From a bacterium (GTDB taxonomy: Bacteria; Patescibacteriota; Minisyncoccia; Phycocordibacterales; SBAW01), in the NCBI GenBank assembly GCA_021814825.1, contig JAKAHS010000002.1:1-33971 (forward strand): DNA of 33,971 bases, in the 5' to 3' direction. Positions 22,602-29,004 of this stretch are shown here, piece after piece. Position numbers and translations under genes: made by a program. Under the pieces are notes generated by a model that was not told the origin of the DNA, did no database searches, and saw only the letters and a list, made by a program, of their open reading frames with translations. How positions within the stretch are numbered: position 1 is the stretch's first letter; every line of letters starts with the position of its first letter.

Positions 22602-24104
22602 ATGGAGAATCAAAGATCAAAGATCAAGGATCAGCAGAACCGAAGCGCGCGCCTCAGGTCTTTACTGCAAACTGCAAACGGCAAACGGCTGACCGGTCCC
22701 ACTGCGGGGTTTGCCCTTATCGCGATCGTCATTCTTGCGGGCGTCTTCTTGTTGATCGGCACTGGTCTTGCGAGCTACCTTCTTACGATGCAGCGCGCGG
22801 AGGTTTATCGCGTCAGCGACGAGCAGGCGTTCCAGATCGCCGAAGCTGGAGTGGAATACTACGCCTGGCATCTTGCGCATTTCCCGAATGACGTGCAGGA
22901 CGGCACGGGACACAATGGTCCGTATGTGCACACCTATACCGATACGTCTGGCACTACGGTCGGCACGTTCACGCTTACCATCACGCCCAATTATCAATGC
23001 GGCGTTCTTCAGTCGGTCGACATATCTTCCGTCGGTGCCTCGATAGCCGATCCCTTGCGCACTAAGACGGTAGCAGTTCGTTATGCACAACAGACGGTCG
23101 TCAACTATTCGTCGATCCTGGCGAGCAGCCCGGCGTGGTTTGGACCTGGCAGCACCGTGTACGGCCGCGTTCATTCTAAGAACGGCATCCGTATGGACGG
23201 CACTAATCTATCGACGGTGGAAAGTGAAGTCGGAACATGGGACTGTACCTCGACGTACGGATGCAGCCCCGAACAAGCAACGGCTCAAGGCGTGCTTGGA
23301 AATGGATCGAACTTCGCGCTGTGGAAATGGGGCTCGGCAACCGCTCCGGTCTCGGTAGCGCCGAATTTATCGATCATGAAAAGCGCCGTTCAGACGGGGG
23401 GCGGTATTTATCTTGCACCGACGGGGATTCAGAATGGAGGATATCATCTCACATTCAATAGCAACGGTACGGTTACCGTGAACGAAGTGACCGCGGTCAA
23501 TTCCTCATTCTACAGTTATTCTGTAAGTGCCGGAGCTTTCATACCCGACACAACGCTCATACAGACACAGTCAGCCATGGGAGTTGATGCAGTCTCTCCT
23601 TCATGTAGTGTTATCTATGCTGATGATAACGTGTGGGTCGATGGCGTCGTGAATGGAAAGATAACCGTCGGCACTCCCTCCAACGCATATCTGCCCAACA
23701 ACATCACATACATGGCGTATGATGGCACGGATGGTTTGGCGGTGGTTGCATCGCAAAACGTCATTGTTACGCTTGATTCGCCGAACAACATGCTGCTCAA
23801 CGGCGCTTTCACGGCGATCAACGGCGTATTCGGTCGAAATGCGTACTACTCAGCTTCGTCTGGCTTCGGTGCGCCGTACATCGTGCCTTCTCAATATGAT
23901 GGGTCGTCGGGTGTGCTCCGGTCATCACTGTCGCTTAGCGGAATGTGGCTATCGAAGAAAGCGCCGGTGCTTTATTGGTCATCCATACCGAGCGGTTATC
24001 CAACCCGTAATTATCTCTACGATGGAACGTTCGCGTCTCGCGTGCCACCCTTCACACCGACTACTACCGCTCAGTACTCGTTCATCTCTTGGAAGCAGGA
24101 GTAG
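22602..24104 (+). CDS. large pseudopilin-like protein lacking Glu+5 (PilX/GspK-like tip candidate)
   Basis: GPTAG|FALIAIVILAGVFLLIG, with Ala at +5. 36-aa leader and a C-terminal region of about 460 aa. The track start at 22524 overlaps the previous gene; ATG 22602 lies 1 nt after its stop. Confidence 0.8.
   Translation: MENQRSKIKDQQNRSARLRSLLQTANGKRLTGPTAGFALIAIVILAGVFLLIGTGLASYLLTMQRAEVYRVSDEQAFQIAEAGVEYYAWHLAHFPNDVQDGTGHNGPYVHTYTDTSGTTVGTFTLTITPNYQCGVLQSVDISSVGASIADPLRTKTVAVRYAQQTVVNYSSILASSPAWFGPGSTVYGRVHSKNGIRMDGTNLSTVESEVGTWDCTSTYGCSPEQATAQGVLGNGSNFALWKWGSATAPVSVAPNLSIMKSAVQTGGGIYLAPTGIQNGGYHLTFNSNGTVTVNEVTAVNSSFYSYSVSAGAFIPDTTLIQTQSAMGVDAVSPSCSVIYADDNVWVDGVVNGKITVGTPSNAYLPNNITYMAYDGTDGLAVVASQNVIVTLDSPNNMLLNGAFTAINGVFGRNAYYSASSGFGAPYIVPSQYDGSSGVLRSSLSLSGMWLSKKAPVLYWSSIPSGYPTRNYLYDGTFASRVPPFTPTTTAQYSFISWKQE
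22609..22691 (+). repeat. two heptanucleotide tandem arrays inside the leader-coding region
   Basis: First array: ATCAAAG ATCAAAG ATCAAGG ATCAG (22609-22634). Second array: CTGCAAA CTGCAAA CGGCAAA CGGCTGA (22665-22692). Confidence 0.85.
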
Positions 24105-24112
24105 GAAGCAGG

Positions 24113-24152
24113 ATCATGAAAAGCGCGAGCGTGAGCTCGCGCTTTTCATGAT
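24113..24152. terminator. 18-bp perfect hairpin between convergent operons
   Basis: atcatgaaaagcgcgagc / gtga / gctcgcgcttttcatgat. Confidence 0.7.
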
Positions 24153-24169
24153 AGATCCGAGGCAGACTT

Positions 24170-24484
24170 CTAGATCCCACCGGTCGGAGGAGGAGGAGGA
24201 GTGCCCCCCGTGCTTCCCGTACCCCCTCCCGATGTTGGAGGATTAGAACAATCTGTTGCTCCCGGGGTGGGTATGAAGTCACCCGCATGATTACCACGAT
24301 CGCTACTGCTATCGGTAAGCGAATTCGCGGAAACTGAGATCATGGTGTACGGGTTGGTTATCGATCCCGTAGCATGACAGACCGTGACCTTATTGCTATT
24401 CGAATAAGAAAGTCCGGTCCATGCGCCGGTGATGAGACCGATCACCAGTGCGACAACGGCTGCAGTAATGCGAGTCATGATCAT
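24170..24484 (-). CDS. small secreted or membrane-anchored protein with Gly/Thr/Pro tail
   Basis: Signal/anchor sequence MIMTRITAAVVALVIGLITGAWTG, then KVTVCHATGSITNPYTMISVSANSL...GNHAGDFIP, ending SGGGTGSTGGTPPPPPTGGI. No family name assigned. Confidence 0.65.
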   Translation of the reverse strand: MIMTRITAAVVALVIGLITGAWTGLSYSNSNKVTVCHATGSITNPYTMISVSANSLTDSSSDRGNHAGDFIPTPGATDCSNPPTSGGGTGSTGGTPPPPPTGGI

Positions 24485-24561
24485 AATTGTTAGTTAGACG
24501 AGTAAACGACCTATAAAAAGTATAGCACTCAAAGAGTAACCCCGGTTGGATATGAAAAGAA

Positions 24562-24596
24562 AATGCCGGCTCCCCATTGAAGGAGAGGCCGGCATT
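24562..24596 (-). terminator. terminator of the 196-aa lipoprotein gene
   Basis: aatgccggc...gccggcatt stem with an inner ctcc/ggag pairing. On the minus strand it is followed by ttttcttttc. Confidence 0.65.
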
Positions 24597-24616
24597 GAGG
24601 CGCGGTAAGGCCGAGG

Positions 24617-25207
24617 TCAGATGCTACCGCTTGGAACAGCAGGCGCTGAGCTGCCACTCGAGCCACCTGCACCGCCCACACCACCGGAACCACCCGCGCC
24701 ACCCGCGCCACCTGCGCCACCTGTTGCACTGCCGCCTGTTGCACTGCCACCTGTTGCACTGCCACCTGTTGCATTCGCCGAAGCGCCGGTCTGCGACACG
24801 TCGACCGTTGTCGGACGGATCGCAGCCGCAGCTGCGACCGCACCGTCACGGGAGATCTGTGCGGCATGAACCTCAGCATAGCCGAGGATGGTGGCACCTG
24901 CGACCATCGGAACGCCTGCGCCTGCGATCGCACCGCCGGTCGTTGTGGCGACCTGGCAGCCCTGCACGACCATGTGATCGCAAATGACCCTACCGTCTTC
25001 GGTGTGGCAGGTTTTGGAGATGGTGCAGATCTGTGCCACGCCTCCGGTTCCATCGACCGTTGCAACCGTTTTTCCGGTCTCGGTCCACGTACGGTCCGAC
25101 CACTCGACCTTGCCGTCGATCTTGCGCGCCATGTCTCCGGCGCAACCCGCGAGTAACAGCAGTGCAGCGAGGAGCGCACCGAGCATTCTTACACTTACGT
25201 TTTTCAT
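24617..25207 (-). CDS. lipoprotein with Cys-rich core, glycine-zipper-like segment and Gly/Ser/Ala repeat tail
   Basis: MKNVSVRMLGALLAALLLLAG|CAGD lipobox. AAGGGGG lies 5 nt before the ATG at 25207, and the track start at 25261 is a TTG. The tail reads ATGGSATGGSATGGSATGGAGGAGGAGGSGG. Confidence 0.8.
   Translation of the reverse strand: MKNVSVRMLGALLAALLLLAGCAGDMARKIDGKVEWSDRTWTETGKTVATVDGTGGVAQICTISKTCHTEDGRVICDHMVVQGCQVATTTGGAIAGAGVPMVAGATILGYAEVHAAQISRDGAVAAAAAIRPTTVDVSQTGASANATGGSATGGSATGGSATGGAGGAGGAGGSGGVGGAGGSSGSSAPAVPSGSI
24690..24776. repeat. in-frame 9-nt (x3) and 15-nt (x4) tandem repeats
   Basis: CCACCCGCG x2 plus CCACCTGCG (24690-24716). CCACCTGTTGCACTG-type units x4 (24717-24776). 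Confidence 0.9.
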
Positions 25208-25284
25208 GATAACCCCCTTGCGCTTTACGCGCCTCGTTAATTGGAAAGGACTGCGTCTCAAGAGATGAAACTGAAGCTGGCTGC

Positions 25285-25312
25285 ATTATGCACGGATTTT
25301 AATAAAAGTCAA
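25285..25312 (-). promoter_or_regulatory. sigma70-type promoter of the 196-aa lipoprotein gene
   Basis: Minus strand reads TTGACT (25312-25307), a 16-nt spacer, then CATAAT (25290-25285). The block GTTGACTTTTATTAAA is identical to the one at 26642-26627. Confidence 0.7.
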
Positions 25313-25431
25313 CTCCGCGTAAGGTTGTGGCGGAAGACGGGTCTGCAAACAACAAAAAGAAAAAGACCGACCTCTTGGGATATACCGCGAGGTATACTGA
25401 CAAGAGAGTCGGTCTTAAGGTAGGTGAGCGC

Positions 25432-26277
25432 CTACGGTATTGGTGCGCCGCTGAGGAATGTTACCGTCGTGTTGATGACGTTATTCGTCGCAGCAGCCGC
25501 ACCGCCGCCCGTCGTCGCGCCCGCAACCACCGTACTACTGCTCGTGGTCGTGGTTGCAGCAGCGGTGCCAGCCGTACTGCCGCTGGTGGCAGCCGCCGTG
25601 CCGCCACCGCTGGTCGCAGCAGCCGCACCGCCGCCCGTCGTCGCGCCCGCAACCACCGTACTACTGCTCGTGGTCGTGGTTGCAGCGGTTGTGCCAGCCG
25701 AACCAGCCGTGGTGCCGGCCGGCAATGCCGGGGCACCCAACTGGGTCACTGACGTATTTATCGGCTGTTGCGGCTGAGGAGCTGGCGGCGAACTGCTGTG
25801 CCGATGCTTCAGGATCGTCAGAATCCGAGATGCCAATACGACGACCATGATGCTAGCCACGATCTTCGTCCTCGCCGTCCAGTACGTTTCCGTCTCGGAG
25901 GTGGTGGCGCCGGCAGTGCAGACGCCATCGCTCCAGCACTGGATGCCGATGATGTCCGGCAGCGTAACGTTGTCGATCTTCACCGTCGCCAGCACACGAT
26001 AGTGTTGGTACGTACTTCCGTCCATCAGCGTTACCGCCCGGCAGACCTTCTCGACGGGAATCCCTGTTGTTTCCTTGCCGCCGATCTTCACTACGAAGTG
26101 TGACATAGCCTGAAGTGCGCGGTTGTCGATCGGCGTCGTGGGAACATCGCAGGGGATGTTCTGGACGTTCACGGCCTGCGGCCGCACTGCCGGTTCTTCC
26201 TGCGTGTTCGCTGCCGCGAAGCAGGGGACCCACTCGAAGAACAAGACGAATGCGAGCATGCGAGCGATCACTTTCAT
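25432..26277 (-). CDS. secreted/membrane protein with Cys-containing N-domain, one TM segment and Thr/Ala/Gly/Ser repeat tail
   Basis: Signal peptide MKVIARMLAFVLFFEWVPCFAAA. TM segment IVASIMVVVLASRILTIL. The tail contains a duplicated block of about 42 aa, ...AAATTTTSSSTVVAGATTGGGAAAAT. AAGGAGGTG RBS. The ATG overlaps the upstream stop (ATGA). Confidence 0.75.
   Translation of the reverse strand: MKVIARMLAFVLFFEWVPCFAAANTQEEPAVRPQAVNVQNIPCDVPTTPIDNRALQAMSHFVVKIGGKETTGIPVEKVCRAVTLMDGSTYQHYRVLATVKIDNVTLPDIIGIQCWSDGVCTAGATTSETETYWTARTKIVASIMVVVLASRILTILKHRHSSSPPAPQPQQPINTSVTQLGAPALPAGTTAGSAGTTAATTTTSSSTVVAGATTGGGAAAATSGGGTAAATSGSTAGTAAATTTTSSSTVVAGATTGGGAAAATNNVINTTVTFLSGAPIP
25488..25686. 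repeat. 126-bp-period tandem duplication (73 bp identical)
   Basis: 25488-25560 equals 25614-25686: tcgcagcagccgcaccgccgcccgtcgtcgcgcccgcaaccaccgtactactgctcgtggtcgtggttgcagc. Confidence 0.9.
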
Positions 26278-26525
26278 GATGCACCTCCTTCCTTCTTCTT
26301 GTCCGCGGTCGGCGTGTCCGGGGCGACCCGTTCACACCTGCCCGAGGAACAATCGAACACCGTCGTATTTACGCGGTCAGCGAAGCCATTCATCGTCTTG
26401 AGGACGATGGTTTGTTTCGTTCCTTCGACCGTGTTGGTCATGCTGGTGGGCGGCGCGAATGAAGCGCAACCGGCCAACGTGGAGAGTGCGGCGCAGAGCG
26501 CCGCAAAGCGCAGTGCTTTTTTCAT
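26274..26525 (-). CDS. small lipoprotein (83 aa)
   Basis: MKKALRFAALCAALSTLAG|CASF lipobox. GGAAAGGA RBS. Translationally coupled to the next gene. Confidence 0.8.
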   Translation of the reverse strand: MKKALRFAALCAALSTLAGCASFAPPTSMTNTVEGTKQTIVLKTMNGFADRVNTTVFDCSSGRCERVAPDTPTADKKKEGGAS

Positions 26526-26613
26526 TTCTTATTCCTTTCCTGTGCGCGGGTGGCGCAAAATTACAAGGAACTGCAACGATCTTGCTGTCGCAGTCATCAT
26601 TGAGGCTGCCAGA

Positions 26614-26641
26614 AGTATGCATGAAATTTAATAAAAGTCAA
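26614..26641 (-). promoter_or_regulatory. sigma70-type promoter of the lipoprotein operon
   Basis: Minus strand reads TTGACT (26641-26636), a 16-nt spacer, then CATACT (26619-26614). It shares the 16-nt block with the promoter at 25285-25312. Confidence 0.7.
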
Positions 26642-26670
26642 CCCTTCGGGCGGTCTGATATACTGAGCTC

Positions 26671-27453
26671 ATGGTCAAGAAAAAACTCCTCATCATCGCG
26701 AATTGGAAGATGTATGTGGCGACGTCGCTTGAAGCGCGCAGGGCGCTGCAGTCGCTGCGCAAGCAGTCGCTCGTATTGCGCGGCGCCGAGATGGTCATTG
26801 CGCCTTCGTTCGCGCTTCTTTCTGCGGTCGTCGATGCCACGAAGGGTTCGAAGATCGGCGTGGCCGCGCAGTCGGTCTCGCCGTGCGCAGATGGCGCGCA
26901 TACCGGCGACGTGTCGGCTTTGATGCTCAAGGCGGTCGGCGCGAAGAGCGTGATCATCGGACACTCGGAGCGCCGCGCAAGCGGTGAGACCGACGCGATG
27001 ATCCGCGAAGAGATCACGCAAGCACTGAGCGCGGGACTTCGGGTGGTGTTATGCGTCGGCGAGAAGGAGCGCGACCACGACCACGGTTCACACTTCGCAT
27101 TCATCGCTTCACAGCTTCGGTCGGCGCTCGCCGATCTTGCTAAGTCGGATGCGCACCATCTGGTCATCGCCTATGAACCGGTCTGGGCGATCGGAAAGAG
27201 CGCGAATGCCGCCATGGCTCCTGCTGCGCTGCGCGAGACCTCGATCTTCATCAAGAAGATTTTGGTAGAACACTTCGGTCGCGAAGCTGGCATCTCGGTC
27301 CCGATCCTCTATGGCGGTTCGGTCGACGAGACCAATGCTGGCGCGCTGGTTAGCGGAGGCGAGGTGGACGGGCTGCTGGTCGGACGAGCGAGCGTGAAGG
27401 CATCATCGCTCGCCGCGCTTATCCAAGCATGCAAGGCGGCCGCTCAAAAGTAA
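26671..27453 (+). CDS. tpiA: triosephosphate isomerase
   Basis: Motifs IIANWKM, IIGHSERR, AYEPVWAIGKS and YGGSV. TATACT (26659-26664) lies 6 nt before the ATG. Confidence 0.95.
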   Translation: MVKKKLLIIANWKMYVATSLEARRALQSLRKQSLVLRGAEMVIAPSFALLSAVVDATKGSKIGVAAQSVSPCADGAHTGDVSALMLKAVGAKSVIIGHSERRASGETDAMIREEITQALSAGLRVVLCVGEKERDHDHGSHFAFIASQLRSALADLAKSDAHHLVIAYEPVWAIGKSANAAMAPAALRETSIFIKKILVEHFGREAGISVPILYGGSVDETNAGALVSGGEVDGLLVGRASVKASSLAALIQACKAAAQK

Positions 27454-28565
27454 TGAGATCGATCAAAGACATAGAGGTACACGGCAAACGCGTGCTTCTG
27501 CGCACGGGACTCAACGTGCCGGTCGATGCCTCTGGCGCGGTGGGTGATGTATTCCGTCTCACGCGAGCACTCATGACGATAGAATATCTCTCTGGGCGCG
27601 GCGCGCGGACGGTCGTCATCGGACATTTGGGACGCAGCGGCGACAGCCTGCGCCCGGTCTATGAAAAGCTCGCGAGTCTCACGAAAACGTCGATCAGATT
27701 TTTTGATGGAGCGTTCGATGCGGCGCGCGCTGAGGCAGAGAAGCTTCACGATGGGGAATGTCTCATGCTTGAGAATGTTCGCCGCGATGATGGTGAAGAG
27801 AAGAACGACCTCACGTTCGCGTGTACGCTCGCCGACCTCGGCGATCTATATGTGAATGATGCATTTGCCGACTCGCACCGCGTGCATGCGTCGATCGTCG
27901 GCGTTGCAACACTCTTGCCGTCATATGCAGGACTCCTCATGGAAGAAGAAGTGTCGCAGCTCTCCGGCGCACTCACGCCTCCTTCCGGCTCGATTGCGAT
28001 CGTCGGTGGCGCGAAGTTCGAGACCAAACAGCCGCTCATCGAAAAACTTCTCGGCCTCTACGGCAAGGTGTGCGTCGGCGGCGCGATCGCGAATGATTTT
28101 TTGAAAGCGCGCGGCTTGAATGTCGGCGCGTCACTCATATCAGATATATTGCCGCCCTCAGAGCTCGTGCACGATCCGCGCGTCCTAGTGCAGAGCGATG
28201 TGGTAGTGCGCAGCGAAAGCGGCGCGCGCACCTGTGATGCTGCCGACATCGGAGGAAAGGAGGCGATCGTCGATGCGGGGCCGGAGACGACCGAAGCGTG
28301 GGGTTCGTTGATCGCACAAGCGCCGCTCGTGCTCTGGAACGGCCCGCTCGGCGTGTATGAAGAGAACTTCACCGCGGGTACTGATGCGCTGGCGCAAGCG
28401 ATTGACACGAGCGCGCGACGCGCGATCGTCGGCGGCGGCGACACACTCGCTGCGATAGAGAAATTTTCATTCGATTCGTCCCAGGTCTTTCTCTCAACCG
28501 GCGGCGGCGCCATGCTTGAGTTTCTCTCAACCGGCACGCTGCCGGGGATTGAGGCGCTCGGGTAG
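27453..28565 (+). CDS. pgk: phosphoglycerate kinase
   Basis: Sequence is MRSIKDIEVHGKRVLLRTGLNVPVD...NDAFADSHR...IVGGAKFETK...STGGGAMLEF. The ATG overlaps the tpiA stop (TAATG). The track start at 27429 lies inside tpiA. Confidence 0.93.
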   Translation: MRSIKDIEVHGKRVLLRTGLNVPVDASGAVGDVFRLTRALMTIEYLSGRGARTVVIGHLGRSGDSLRPVYEKLASLTKTSIRFFDGAFDAARAEAEKLHDGECLMLENVRRDDGEEKNDLTFACTLADLGDLYVNDAFADSHRVHASIVGVATLLPSYAGLLMEEEVSQLSGALTPPSGSIAIVGGAKFETKQPLIEKLLGLYGKVCVGGAIANDFLKARGLNVGASLISDILPPSELVHDPRVLVQSDVVVRSESGARTCDAADIGGKEAIVDAGPETTEAWGSLIAQAPLVLWNGPLGVYEENFTAGTDALAQAIDTSARRAIVGGGDTLAAIEKFSFDSSQVFLSTGGGAMLEFLSTGTLPGIEALG

Positions 28566-28982
28566 CTACAACTCTGCGCGGATCTTTTCTGCCACGGTAT
28601 CGGCCTCGCCCTCTTTATAGGAGTGTTGCGGCCAGAGTTTGAGACCGTCATTAAGGAAACGGGGGATGATGTGCACGTGCACATGGTCGATGACCTGCCC
28701 GGCATGTTCACGGTTGTTCATCATCAGATTGACGCCGCGCGCACCGAGGCTTTTTTCAATAGCGATCGATACCTTGCGCACGGTTTCCATTACAGCAGCC
28801 CAATCTTCGGGTGTTACGTCAAAGATATTAGTGGCGGAGCCGTTCTTGGGAACGACCAGCGTGTGGCCGTTATTGACCGGCCGCGCATCGAGAAACGCGA
28901 GCGTTTTGTCGTCTTCATACACCACCTGTGCCGGAATGTCTCCCGCCACGATCTTGCAAAAGACGCAATCGGTGTGTTCCAT
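28566..28982 (-). CDS. HIT family (histidine triad) protein
   Basis: Sequence is MEHTDCVFCKIVAGDIPAQVVYEDDKTLAFLD...GHTLVVPK...GQVIDHVHVHIIP. TATACT (28994-28989) lies 6 nt before the ATG at 28982. The track start at 29006 would overlap the recJ ATG. Confidence 0.9.
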   Translation of the reverse strand: MEHTDCVFCKIVAGDIPAQVVYEDDKTLAFLDARPVNNGHTLVVPKNGSATNIFDVTPEDWAAVMETVRKVSIAIEKSLGARGVNLMMNNREHAGQVIDHVHVHIIPRFLNDGLKLWPQHSYKEGEADTVAEKIRAEL

Positions 28983-29004
28983 GCGTTTAGTATACAATTG
29001 ACCC

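Noticed and set aside
24529-25286. Alternative-frame ORFs (24529..25179-, 24577..24987+, 24621..24869+, 24990..25286-) over the lipoprotein gene.
   Set aside because: They are products of low-complexity GC-rich repeats. Only the 24617..25207 frame has an RBS, a lipobox and a folded-looking core.
24690-25690. Short tandem repeats considered as a possible CRISPR array.
   Set aside because: The units are 9, 15 and 126 bp, contiguous or separated by low-complexity coding sequence rather than unique spacers. They are in frame within ORFs, and no cas genes are present.
25327-25850. Plus-strand ORFs (25327..25752, 25424..25777, 25554..25850) over the Thr/Ala-rich tail.
   Set aside because: They are mirror frames of the repeat region, poly-Arg/Ala/Val nonsense with no starts or RBS.
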